NCBI GenBank assembly: GCA_035545275.1
Contig: DASZYT010000001.1
Span: 6,143 to 70,142, forward strand
Direction of reading: 5' to 3'
DNA length: 64,000 nt
Origin: Candidatus Saccharimonadales bacterium
Lineage (GTDB): Bacteria; Patescibacteriota; Saccharimonadia; Saccharimonadales; UBA4665
Position 1 is the stretch's first letter; each line of letters opens with the position of its first letter. The notes beneath the pieces were generated by a model, which made no database searches, was not told the DNA's origin, and saw only the letters and a list, made by a program, of their open reading frames with translations. Shown piece by piece: positions 34,442 through 43,719 of the stretch. The translations under genes were made by a program, and so were the position numbers.

Positions 34442-35818
34442 ATGAGCACACAATTACCCCTCATAAAAGCACTACGCCAAACCATGATCCAGGATGTACC
34501 GGCGTATGCCAACAAGTTGTTTTACTCGCTCGGTTTCCTGTCGATGACCTCGTTTATGGTGCTAATAGCCACCGGTGTCGTTATGGCCATATATGGTCCC
34601 GATTGGTGGCTAACGAGCACAGTCGGACACTACTTTAGGAGCATCCACTTGTGGGCTACGCAGGCGTTTGTACTTTTTGTTATTTTGCACTTACTTATTG
34701 TGTTCTTTAGCTCCGGGTTTAAAAAGCCGCGCCGCTTGACCTGGGTGCTGGGGGCATTGATGTTTCTGTTTGTCATGGCCGAGGCGGAGTTTGGCTATGT
34801 ACTAAGGGATGATTTTTCTAGCCAGTGGCGAAGCCTGCAAGGGGCCGATTTATACAACGGTACAGGCCTGGGGTGGTGGCTGCACAATATAAACTATCGG
34901 CAAATCTATGGCATACACATCGTGGTCGTGCCGGCTGTCCTGCTGGGCTTGCTGTTTATGCACTACTTGTTAGTGCGGGTGCTGGGGATTGCTAAGCCGT
35001 ACCGTAAGGAAGTGCATGTACCTACGGTAAAAGCCAATCATACGGTGTTATTTGCGCGTGGTGGTGTGTTGGTAGGGCTCATTTTGTTGTTGGCTGTCGT
35101 GTTCCCGTCGCCATTTTTGCGCCCCGACACTATCCAGGAAGTGGCCCAGCAAGATCCCGCCTTGATGGGGCAGACGCTCATGCAAGAATATACCCGCTCA
35201 TCCGACACGTCGACGTATGTGGATAATATTGCACCGTATACATTTAATACTCGCCAAGTGTATGTGGCCCAGCCGTATGCCCAACTGGTGGCTGCTGAGC
35301 ATACGCCTAACTTATTGCAGCAATACGGCGCCGAACCAGCTGCTCAACAATCAAATCAGCTGAAGGAGGCTCAGACTTATTTTGACAAGACTTACCCGGG
35401 CGACCTTAATGGTAGCAACCCGCTGGAGCAGGTGGTGTCGTCCCTGGTGGATATGGCCTCTGCGGGGTTATATCAGCCGACGCTTAACAGCGCCGATCCG
35501 TCTGGCGACCAGACATCATATGCGTTGCGATTCTTGGCGGATACCGGTGTGCTGGATACCCGCGCCCAAAGTCTGAATATTACAACCGACCAATATGGCA
35601 TGCTGCACGAAGAAAGCGGTCATGCGCCGGGTGCGTGGTGGCTCGCGCCGATCGGTCTGCTAGACCACACGTTGCTGGCGAACGATAGTAATGGCGACCG
35701 CGACGGAGCCATTATCGTGGGGGGTTTCTTCTTGCTACTAATTGCCTTGCCGTACATTCCGGGGCTCAACCGCTTGCCAGAAGTCTTTCGTCTCAACAAG
35801 TTTATCTGGCGAGTATAA
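34442..35818 (+). CDS. cytochrome b/b6 N-terminal-domain-like membrane protein with a long C-terminal extension
   Basis: From ATG 34442. Helix B is R-SIH-LWATQAFVLFVIL-H (His i/i+14) and helix D is YGIH-IVVVPAVLLGLLFM-H (His i/i+15, b6/Firmicute spacing). GYVL motif. About 230-aa soluble region, then a final TM. Confidence 0.65.
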   Translation: MSTQLPLIKALRQTMIQDVPAYANKLFYSLGFLSMTSFMVLIATGVVMAIYGPDWWLTSTVGHYFRSIHLWATQAFVLFVILHLLIVFFSSGFKKPRRLTWVLGALMFLFVMAEAEFGYVLRDDFSSQWRSLQGADLYNGTGLGWWLHNINYRQIYGIHIVVVPAVLLGLLFMHYLLVRVLGIAKPYRKEVHVPTVKANHTVLFARGGVLVGLILLLAVVFPSPFLRPDTIQEVAQQDPALMGQTLMQEYTRSSDTSTYVDNIAPYTFNTRQVYVAQPYAQLVAAEHTPNLLQQYGAEPAAQQSNQLKEAQTYFDKTYPGDLNGSNPLEQVVSSLVDMASAGLYQPTLNSADPSGDQTSYALRFLADTGVLDTRAQSLNITTDQYGMLHEESGHAPGAWWLAPIGLLDHTLLANDSNGDRDGAIIVGGFFLLLIALPYIPGLNRLPEVFRLNKFIWRV

Positions 35819-35831
35819 AAGGCGCCAGGAA

Positions 35832-36464
35832 TTATCCTCGCTGGATGCAGCGGAGGGTTTGGTGTGGATTGTGCAAAATGCGGACGGGATTGCCGATCAC
35901 GCAATGCACGCTGTCGTGGAAGAACACGAGGCCCAGGATGCCGACTCCGACAATGGCCAGCGCGGCAGCCGGCCAGTAGCGACGTACGTCGGCCAGCATG
36001 CGCCAGGTGCCTTGCTTGGTTTCGCGGCGGTGGGCGTTCATCCAGCGGAGCAGGGCTGCCAAGTTGAACAGTGCGGCCAAGCTGGGCAATACGACCAGCC
36101 AGGCAAACAGCACGTTGGTGTGCCACAAAATGGTGTCGTGCAGGCGCTGGCCCACGAGGCTGTTAAGAATGATAAACACGAAAAACGGTGCTACCAGCCA
36201 CGTGCCCAAGAGGGCATTGCGCTTGATGTAATCGGGCATTTGGGTTGCCATGGTATCTCCTGTGTAGATAAGTTGTTGCTTTAAAACACTTAAGGGGAAG
36301 TCAAGAGCGGTACGGGCCCAGATGGCCGATGTGTGACTCGGCTGGGCATCCAGCATGTCTGCCAAGGTTTGCAGCATCTGCTCGCCGTACTCTTTGCGGT
36401 AACCTACCGGGTAGAGGTGCAGCAGCTTGTTGTAGAGAGGGAAGCGCTCCCTGAGCTTGTTCAT
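35832..36464 (-). CDS. membrane protein co-transcribed with PadR (PadR-associated)
   Basis: 210 aa with an N-terminal soluble segment and 3-4 TM helices. ATGA overlap with the padR stop. Confidence 0.55.
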   Translation of the reverse strand: MNKLRERFPLYNKLLHLYPVGYRKEYGEQMLQTLADMLDAQPSHTSAIWARTALDFPLSVLKQQLIYTGDTMATQMPDYIKRNALLGTWLVAPFFVFIILNSLVGQRLHDTILWHTNVLFAWLVVLPSLAALFNLAALLRWMNAHRRETKQGTWRMLADVRRYWPAAALAIVGVGILGLVFFHDSVHCVIGNPVRILHNPHQTLRCIQRG

Positions 36465-36820
36465 ATGCGCACTCCCATGGTGTCGCCCAGCAGTTTGCGC
36501 TCACGTGCCAGCGTAGCGATATTGCGGTAGTAATCCATCTCGGCGCCCAAGGTGTCCCAGCCTTTTTTAGTCAGGCGGTAGTAGCGCCGGCGGCTGTCGC
36601 CCTCAAAGGGCACTTCTTCTATCAAGTTATCTTCGCGCAGCTGCTTGATAGCGCCGTACAGGGCACCGGGGCCCAGCTTGATGCGTCCTGTACTATCGTG
36701 CTCTATCTGCTGCATCAGCTCATAGCCATGACGCGGCTTAAGGCTGAGTGCGAATAAAATACTAAAACTTACTTGAGGTAATAGATTGGTTACGCGCTTA
36801 CTCATACACGACCTCCGCAC
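36461..36820 (-). CDS. PadR-family transcriptional regulator
   Basis: ..LSLKPRHGYELMQQIEHDSTGRIKLGPGALYGAIKQLREDNLIE......RRYYRLTKKG... The start may be the ATG at comp(36803-36805). Confidence 0.8.
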   Translation of the reverse strand: MRRSCMSKRVTNLLPQVSFSILFALSLKPRHGYELMQQIEHDSTGRIKLGPGALYGAIKQLREDNLIEEVPFEGDSRRRYYRLTKKGWDTLGAEMDYYRNIATLARERKLLGDTMGVRI

Positions 36821-37036
36821 CAGCTGGCCTGCTCGAAGCGGAGCCTTCGACCTGCCAGCTTCTTTGCCTCAGGCGCATTTTTCCGCTGCGGTTGCTCCCT
36901 CGTCGTATTACGTATACGCCTCGGTCCGCTGCTCGCGGAGAAAATGTACCTGAGGCTAAAGTGCGAAAATCGTGTCATATTATTGCAGTATATATCAATA
37001 AACGATATATCGTCAATAGCTATAATTTTACTGGAT

Positions 37037-38113
37037 ATGACGTCTCGATTGGAGTATGCTTCCATAAGAGAGAAACATATGCCAAACCCCACACTAACCG
37101 AACACCTGCCGGCAATTGAGGAAACATCGGACGGCTACCCGCACTATCACTTTGTTCTGTGCAAGCATACTATCGATAATATTCCGAAAATTGCTCGTGC
37201 CCTTGAGGGCTGCGACACAGTTTTGGTGGAAACCGTCGGAGTTGAGCCGGAGTATGCAGCAGATCTATTTGGTATGTTCAATGCATTTACTGATAGTACG
37301 ATACCCCATGAAGAGGTGTCGGATATAGTGCAGAGAAATCTCCAGAGGAGTGAGGACGCAAGTGACCATTTTGTGCTCGTTTTAGCCTCTGAGCTATATG
37401 GCAGCAATAAAATTCTAGCTCCTGTTGATGTCTTGAAGACTCATCCAGTGTTCGAGCAGCTTGTCCGTGGCATGCAGCAAATAAAACAAGTTACTCGCTA
37501 TACGGCGAGAGGGGGTATAGCTACCGACCAAATAGTGCAGGAGTTAAGAGAAGCTCTTACATTGCAGGCAGAAACCGATCGGAAAAGAGAAGGCGTGGTA
37601 GCTTCCCAACTTTTGGAGTACCCTGAATATTTACCCCACGGCTACGGTAAGCATATAGGAGTGGTGCAGGGTGCGGCACATACTGGTACATATCAGATTC
37701 TATCTCGACTTGGGCTGCCGGTGAGTCGAGAATTTATAGATACGCTGCCTTATGCGTCGGGTGTGCATATGACATTCCCCTGGGCAGTTATGGCGACGCG
37801 TCAAAAGCGCTTCAAGCCCGATAGCTTGTTGCCAGATGCGCTTTTGAGATATGTGCTTCTCGAGTCCATTCTTGTGCAGCACGTTGCTCTGCCGCCATCT
37901 GACGGTACGCATGAAGTAGAGTTTGACGAGACACTCAATATTCTTCGGGCTGAAGTTATTGAAGCCATGCCCGAGATTGCCCAAAGGAATTTCTTGAATT
38001 CTTGGGAAAAAATAATGCTTGGTAGCGCAAAAGGACGTAGACGAAAGACCCGTATGCTCGTGCAGCGCCTCCTTGAAACGTACATTAAAGACAGCTTAGA
38101 TCCGGACGAATAA
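37037..38113 (+). CDS. hypothetical protein (about 345-358 aa), AT-richer than its neighbours
   Basis: Long open frame; candidate starts are ATG 37037 and ATG 37079 (MPNPTLTEHLP...). TATAAT at 37020-37025. No motif recognised. One sampled 60-nt line (37381-37440) is 24/60 G+C. Confidence 0.5.
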   Translation: MTSRLEYASIREKHMPNPTLTEHLPAIEETSDGYPHYHFVLCKHTIDNIPKIARALEGCDTVLVETVGVEPEYAADLFGMFNAFTDSTIPHEEVSDIVQRNLQRSEDASDHFVLVLASELYGSNKILAPVDVLKTHPVFEQLVRGMQQIKQVTRYTARGGIATDQIVQELREALTLQAETDRKREGVVASQLLEYPEYLPHGYGKHIGVVQGAAHTGTYQILSRLGLPVSREFIDTLPYASGVHMTFPWAVMATRQKRFKPDSLLPDALLRYVLLESILVQHVALPPSDGTHEVEFDETLNILRAEVIEAMPEIAQRNFLNSWEKIMLGSAKGRRRKTRMLVQRLLETYIKDSLDPDE

Positions 38114-38136
38114 GGTAGCCCTCCGCGTAGAGCCAA

Positions 38137-38167
38137 TCGAAAAGCCGCCCTTCCGTCAGGGCGGCTT
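38137..38167 (-). terminator. hairpin whose T-run lies on the minus strand
   Basis: AAGCCGCCC-TTCCGTCA-GGGCGGCTT. The minus strand reads stem + TTTTCG; the + strand has no T-run. Confidence 0.45.
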
Positions 38168-38213
38168 AAGGCATTCGGCCTACGTAGACAACGAATGGAT
38201 CCGAGAACGAAGG

Positions 38214-38312
38214 TTAGCTGGCGCGTACCTCCCGCGCGTTGCTATTCATTGGTTGCCCGTTAGATCTAGGACTTTTCAATGGATTACCTCCCTTCTCTTT
38301 TAAGTTGCTCAT
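38214..38312 (-). CDS. possible 32-aa small ORF ending before the minus-strand terminator
   Basis: MSNLKEKGGNPLKSPRSNGQPMNSNAREVRAS. An internal AAGGGAGG plus TTG could instead start a 21-aa peptide. Very weak evidence. Confidence 0.2.
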   Translation of the reverse strand: MSNLKEKGGNPLKSPRSNGQPMNSNAREVRAS

Positions 38313-38419
38313 GCCTACATTGTAACCCCCAATTAGTTGGGCACTGCAAGCCTGCCGTGATTTATCGCACAACGCTTCCCACCTCTGTTTTATATAGTGA
38401 AGAAAACGAAAGGGTGCAT

Positions 38420-39550
38420 ATGAATACACTTATTAGCGGTGCCAGTGCCGCAGCCTACAGGCGGGCGGTGAAACCACTGCTGTTCAAGCAAAAGCCGGAC
38501 GCGGTACACAACCATCTGCTGCATGTCGGTCGACGGCTGCAGCATATTGCGCCAGCGCGCGGGTTGCTTAAGGCTAGCTGGGCCTATCAAAACCCCGGCT
38601 TGCTGGGTCAAACGGTGCAGGGGATCTATTTTAAAAACCCGGTGGGACTTTCAGCGGGGTTTGATAAAAATTTTGAGCTACCGCTCTTGCTCAAATCGAT
38701 TGGCTTTGGGTTTATGGAAGGTGGCTCGTTGACGTACCGCGAATGTGCCGGCAACCCCAGGCCGTGGTTCTATCGCTTGCCCAAAACCAAATCAATCGTG
38801 GTGTATGCCGGCCTCGCCAACCAAGGTGCACCTACTATCGTGCGCCGTATCAAACACTATTCCAAGAACACGTTCAAAGACTTCCCGCTCAACATTTCGG
38901 TGGCAAAAACCAACTCCCCCGAAGCTTGCACCGACACCCAGGCCGTAGCCGACTATCTAGGCAGCCTCGGTATGATTAAGGCTGCAGGAGTGGGCGACGT
39001 GGTGACACTGAATATTTCATGCCCCAACACGTATGGTGGCGAGCCGTTCACCACGCCAGAGCGGCTAGAGCGGCTGCTGCGGGCAGTAGACAGATTGTTG
39101 CTGCCGTGCCCTGTGTTTGTAAAGATGCCGTGTGATTTGCCGTGGCCCCAGTTCAGATCACTGCTAGACGTCATAGTCGAGCACCGTGTGGCGGGGGTAA
39201 CGATTAGCAACCTTGCCAAGGACCGGGGGCGGCTAAAATTGATGGATCCATTGCCAGATAGCGTAAAAGGCAATTTGAGCGGCAAGCCTACGTGGGAACT
39301 CAGCAATGAGCTCATCCGCCGTACGTACAAAGTGTACGGCAAACGCCTGACCATCATCGGAGTGGGCGGTATTTTTTCGGCCGAGGATGCCTACACCAAG
39401 ATTTGCCTGGGCGCGAGCTTGGTGGAGCTTATAACGGGTATGATCTTTGAAGGTCCGCAGCTGATAGGCCACATAAACCGTGGTCTTGCAGAACTGCTTA
39501 AGCACGACGGCTATGCTAACGTGTCGCAAGCTGTCGGTAGCCACGTCTAA
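38420..39550 (+). CDS. pyrD: dihydroorotate dehydrogenase, class-2-like architecture
   Basis: From ATG 38420. N-terminal amphipathic extension, NPVGLSAGFDKN, NISCPNT, ISNLAKDR, GNLSGKP, IIGVGGI, EGPQLI; colinear with the E. coli PyrD pattern. Confidence 0.85.
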   Translation: MNTLISGASAAAYRRAVKPLLFKQKPDAVHNHLLHVGRRLQHIAPARGLLKASWAYQNPGLLGQTVQGIYFKNPVGLSAGFDKNFELPLLLKSIGFGFMEGGSLTYRECAGNPRPWFYRLPKTKSIVVYAGLANQGAPTIVRRIKHYSKNTFKDFPLNISVAKTNSPEACTDTQAVADYLGSLGMIKAAGVGDVVTLNISCPNTYGGEPFTTPERLERLLRAVDRLLLPCPVFVKMPCDLPWPQFRSLLDVIVEHRVAGVTISNLAKDRGRLKLMDPLPDSVKGNLSGKPTWELSNELIRRTYKVYGKRLTIIGVGGIFSAEDAYTKICLGASLVELITGMIFEGPQLIGHINRGLAELLKHDGYANVSQAVGSHV

Positions 39551-39569
39551 ACTGGGCTACAATAGGATA

Positions 39570-39731
39570 ATGACAGACGCTCCGGCAGAATTGCCGTGCC
39601 AGGACAAGCTGGCGTTTGATACCGAAAAACAGGCGCGTGCTGCGGCCACGACAGCCGAGTACCAGCACGGCACAAAGCTAAAAGTGTACCACTGTCGCCA
39701 CTGTGGCTTGTGGCATCTCAGCAGTGCCTAG
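39570..39731 (+). CDS. small Cys-containing protein (53 aa), possible zinc-ribbon
   Basis: MTDAPAELPCQDKLAFDTEKQARAAATTAEYQHGTKLKVYHCRHCGLWHLSSA; C..(n)..CxxC. Confidence 0.45.
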   Translation: MTDAPAELPCQDKLAFDTEKQARAAATTAEYQHGTKLKVYHCRHCGLWHLSSA

Positions 39732-40594
39732 GGTAGGATAGCGCCCTGCGTGGCGCCGTGGTTGGTGCTGGCGTCGTAATGTTGGTTAGCGGCATTGAGG
39801 GCAGCAACTTCTTGGCTGGTGCGGTTGTCAACGGCTTGCACGAGGGCAGTACACGAAGGTGCTGACATCCTTTGGATGTCGTGCAGCGTGGTTTGGGCGT
39901 ATTGTTCGCCGAGCGATACATGACCTTGCTCGTGTGTCTTCAGATTGGCTATGAATGTTTGCCATTGAGTAGCTAGGCCCGGCTGCGCTGAAATGGTCGG
40001 TTGCCACTCGGGATATGCCTGGGTTACATGAAGACCTACGGCTACGTCAGTAACCTGGCAAGCTGTAGCTGTTTGGGCATACCTGTAGCTCCAGCCCATC
40101 CAAAAGTCGGTCTGGCCACTGTATGCTTCACCGGCACCGATAAACTGCGTAGGAGCGCACCAAACGATTTGTTGGCGTATCTGGGCACTCGTATCGCCGT
40201 ACACCCGGTAAAAGTGCGGGGTGTCGATGAGAGTATGCAGACCCGGGCTTGTGGCCGATAGCACGAAAGCAGCCGCCGGTTTGTAGGTGTGATCGGGTGC
40301 GCATTGTGGTGGGGCTGAGACGGTAATGGTGGGAGGTGGGCTAATCCGTGACGCCACAGACACGTGTGGCGTGCTAATGGTGGGGGCAACCGTGGTGGCG
40401 ACTTGCTTGGCTACCGAACTTACAGAGATAGGTACGACGGGCTGATACCAACCAGCATAGAGCCAAAGGCCGCCCCACACTAAGGCACACAGCGACAGCG
40501 CGTCGATAGCTAGGCGCAAGCTGCGTGCCGACGTGCGCAATTTTGAATCATCATTAATAAAACCGGGACCACCGGGCCCCGTTACAACATCCAT
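39728..40594 (-). CDS. membrane-anchored predicted Zn-peptidase (DUF922-like, HExxH)
   Basis: N-terminal TM, then the C-terminal domain ..NLKTHEQGH.. (HExxH); 288 aa. Confidence 0.6.
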   Translation of the reverse strand: MDVVTGPGGPGFINDDSKLRTSARSLRLAIDALSLCALVWGGLWLYAGWYQPVVPISVSSVAKQVATTVAPTISTPHVSVASRISPPPTITVSAPPQCAPDHTYKPAAAFVLSATSPGLHTLIDTPHFYRVYGDTSAQIRQQIVWCAPTQFIGAGEAYSGQTDFWMGWSYRYAQTATACQVTDVAVGLHVTQAYPEWQPTISAQPGLATQWQTFIANLKTHEQGHVSLGEQYAQTTLHDIQRMSAPSCTALVQAVDNRTSQEVAALNAANQHYDASTNHGATQGAILP

Positions 40595-40712
40595 AACCCC
40601 AAACCTCCGCTAAATCTGAAGCGTTTGTTTGGGCTAATTATAAAATCTTACGCCATACAAATCAATAGGCAGGCAAATAAAATAGCCTCAATGTCAACTT
40701 TATCTCCACCAA

Positions 40713-42365
40713 CTAGGCCGGGGGCGGGGTAGTGTCTATTGTGCGTTCTTCTTTGTGCGTCATGCGCCCGTCATCGTCCACGTCATAGATGAGGATGTTG
40801 CCGAAGGGCATTTCGACGTTCGAAATGTCGCCGTCACTAATGTTTTCGAGATATTTGATGAGGGCGCGGATAGCGTTGCCGTGGCTGGTAATGAGCACCG
40901 TCTGGCCTTGCTTGAGTCGTGGCAGGATGGTGTTTTGGTAGTACGGGATGACGCGGGCGTAGACGTCTTTGAGTGTCTCGCCGTTGGGCACTGCGTAGTC
41001 CCAGTCGCGGCGCAGGTGGTTAAACGCTTCCTCGCCGATTTTGTCGCGTACTTCCCACTTGTTCATGCCAGTGTAGTCGCCGTAGTCTCGCTCGTTGAGG
41101 GCATGGTCGCGCTCGAACGGCACATCGAATTCCTGACTGGCATCCAAAATGCCCTCGAGCGTCTCAAGTGCACGGATTTGTTGGGAGGTAAAGGCGTAAT
41201 CTACCGCGATATCTTTGAGTGCCTGACCTAGTTGCGCTGCCTCGTGGAAGCCTTTTTCTGTTAAGTGCACATCGGTGGTACCGGTCCATTTGCCTAGCGC
41301 ATTCCACTCGGATTCCCCGTGGCGGGTTACCACCAGTTTGCCCATGCTGCGCTTGGGCGCGGTGACTTTGTTGGGGGCATTGCCATACCAAAAGTCAATG
41401 ATATTTTGCGCCGCTGTTTGGTTGATGCGGCCGATAGCTTCGGTGGTGTTGAAGGCATTGTGCGGTGTGATGACCACGTTGGACATTTTTTTCAGCACGT
41501 TCACTTCCAAGCTTTCTTCCAGCTGGGCTGATGCGCCCGGTCGGCCAAGTAGCAGCATTTCTTCGTCGGCGTCCAGCAACTTCTCGCCCTCTAGCACGTC
41601 CAGCGCTACGCCGGCCAGCTTGCCACTGCGCAGTGCCTCAATGAGTGTCCCGGTGTCCACTAGCTCACCCCGTGAGGTGTTAATGAGCAGGGCGGGGGGC
41701 TTGGTCTTTTCAAAGAACGCGCCGTTAACGATGTGGTGGTTATCGCCCGTTAGCGGGGCGTGCAGGCTGATAACGTCGCTCTCGGCCGCCAAGCGGTCAA
41801 GGTCGACGTATTCAAAGTTAAACTCTTTGGCCTTCTCGTCGTTCGGGAAGGGGTCGAAGGCCAGCACTTTCATGCCAAAGCCGCCGGCAATTTTGGCCGT
41901 CTGTTGGCCAATGCGCCCGGCGCCGATCAGCCCAAGTGTCTTGCCCTTAAGATCAAAGCCAGTCAAATGAGTAAGGTCGATGTCGGCCCGCTCGGTGGCG
42001 TTCATGGCCTCGCGTAGCTTTCGCGACAGGGTCAGGATGAGCCCAAAAGTGTACTCGGCCACGGTGTGTTCGCCGTAGCTTGGCACGTTGGTGACGGTAA
42101 CACCGTGCTCCTCGGCGGCTGCCAGGTCGATGTTGTTAAAACCGGTGGAACGACACGAAATTAGCTTGAGCTTAGGCAGCTGTTCTATCATTTCCCGTGT
42201 GACGGCGCTGCTCACAAATACCGAAATTACTTCCGACTCCGGCTTGAGGTTGTCGAGCGAGATAGGCTCACCCACATATTCCCAGTGATGGTCGGTGGAC
42301 TGAAGATGCTCACTCAGCTGTTGTTTGTCGGTGTCGGTGGCGTCGTAGAATGTGATATATGCCAT
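40713..42365 (-). CDS. fusion protein: D-isomer-specific 2-hydroxyacid dehydrogenase (LdhA/SerA-like) + 2,3-BPG-dependent phosphoglycerate mutase
   Basis: N-terminal half: [41 protein letters not shown]-terminal half: [32 protein letters not shown]. One uninterrupted 550-codon frame. Confidence 0.8.
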   Translation of the reverse strand: MAYITFYDATDTDKQQLSEHLQSTDHHWEYVGEPISLDNLKPESEVISVFVSSAVTREMIEQLPKLKLISCRSTGFNNIDLAAAEEHGVTVTNVPSYGEHTVAEYTFGLILTLSRKLREAMNATERADIDLTHLTGFDLKGKTLGLIGAGRIGQQTAKIAGGFGMKVLAFDPFPNDEKAKEFNFEYVDLDRLAAESDVISLHAPLTGDNHHIVNGAFFEKTKPPALLINTSRGELVDTGTLIEALRSGKLAGVALDVLEGEKLLDADEEMLLLGRPGASAQLEESLEVNVLKKMSNVVITPHNAFNTTEAIGRINQTAAQNIIDFWYGNAPNKVTAPKRSMGKLVVTRHGESEWNALGKWTGTTDVHLTEKGFHEAAQLGQALKDIAVDYAFTSQQIRALETLEGILDASQEFDVPFERDHALNERDYGDYTGMNKWEVRDKIGEEAFNHLRRDWDYAVPNGETLKDVYARVIPYYQNTILPRLKQGQTVLITSHGNAIRALIKYLENISDGDISNVEMPFGNILIYDVDDDGRMTHKEERTIDTTPPPA

Positions 42366-42399
42366 AGCGTTTTCCGCGAGGTATTATAAGATAAGCGGT

Positions 42400-43674
42400 A
42401 TGAAAATTAAATCTGTTTTAGCCCGACAAATCTTTGATTCACGGGGGTATCCCACCGTGGAGTGTGATATTTTCCTCGAAAATGGCGCGTTCGGGCGGGC
42501 GGCTGTGCCGTCGGGCGCGTCCACTGGCAGCCAAGAGGCGCTGGAGCTGCGCGATGGCGGTGAGGCTTTCGGTGGTAAAGGCGTCAGTAAAGCTGTCGCC
42601 AATGTAAACGAACGCATTGCACCGGCGCTAGTCGGGTACGAAGCGTGGGATCAATTTGCCATCGACACACTACTCAATGAGCTTGATGGCACCGACAACA
42701 AGAGCAATTTAGGTGCTAATGCTATGTTGGCCGTATCACTAGCCGCCGCCAAAGCGCAGGCGGCCAGTGACGGTATGCCGCTTTACCGCCATATCGGCAA
42801 CATCGCCAAAAATGATACCTTCAGCCTGCCCGTGCCCATGCTCAACATATTGAACGGCGGCAAACACGCCGCGGGTTCTACCGATATCCAAGAGTTTATG
42901 ATTATCCCCACCGGCGCGGCAGATATCAGCGAAGCCCTGCGCATGAGCGGCGAAATTTTTCATGCGCTTGCCAAAGTGCTATCAGAGCACGGCTATGCCA
43001 CGAGTGTGGGTGACGAGGGCGGCTATGCCCCGGCCGTTCATGGCGGCACGCAGGAAGCCCTTGACCTTATCGAAGCCGCAGTCAGCAAGGCCGGCTATAC
43101 ACTTGGTGAGCAAGTAGGCTTGGCGCTTGATGTGGCCGCAAGCGAGCTCGTAAAGGGCGACGGGTACGATTTTGTCCGCGCGCAGCAGGAGTACTCGACC
43201 GGCGAGCTTATCAGCTGGTACGAAAAGCTCTGCAAGCAATATCCGCTGTTGTCACTCGAAGACGGTTTGGGTGAGCAAGACTGGGCCGGCTGGCGCCAGC
43301 TGACCGACCTACTTGGTGACAAAATCCAACTGGTAGCCGACGACCTACTGGTGACAAACACCAAACTGTTGCAACGTGCTATCGACGAAAAATCTGCCAA
43401 CGCCATCCTTATTAAGCTCAACCAAATCGGTACACTCAGCGAAACCATTCAGGCCGTGCAGATGGCTCAGGCAGCCGGCTGGCGCACGGTCATTTCGCAC
43501 CGGTCCGGCGAGACCGAGGACACTACCATTGCCCATCTCGCCGTGGGACTCAATGCCGGGCAGATAAAAACCGGCTCATTTAGCCGCAGCGAGCGTATTG
43601 CCAAGTACAACGAACTGCTGCGTATCAGCGAAACGCTCCCCGGTGCGCAGCTCAGCCGGCCCTTTGAAAGGTAA
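42400..43674 (+). CDS. eno: enolase
   Basis: From ATG 42400: [74 protein letters not shown]. Confidence 0.95.
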   Translation: MKIKSVLARQIFDSRGYPTVECDIFLENGAFGRAAVPSGASTGSQEALELRDGGEAFGGKGVSKAVANVNERIAPALVGYEAWDQFAIDTLLNELDGTDNKSNLGANAMLAVSLAAAKAQAASDGMPLYRHIGNIAKNDTFSLPVPMLNILNGGKHAAGSTDIQEFMIIPTGAADISEALRMSGEIFHALAKVLSEHGYATSVGDEGGYAPAVHGGTQEALDLIEAAVSKAGYTLGEQVGLALDVAASELVKGDGYDFVRAQQEYSTGELISWYEKLCKQYPLLSLEDGLGEQDWAGWRQLTDLLGDKIQLVADDLLVTNTKLLQRAIDEKSANAILIKLNQIGTLSETIQAVQMAQAAGWRTVISHRSGETEDTTIAHLAVGLNAGQIKTGSFSRSERIAKYNELLRISETLPGAQLSRPFER

Positions 43675-43719
43675 AATTACTTCTTGACCGAGTGTGTATG
43701 GGGGAATAGGCTTTAAGTA

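Noticed and set aside
41275-41970. 231-aa + strand Ser-rich ORF.
   Set aside because: It is antisense to the dehydrogenase::mutase fusion gene.
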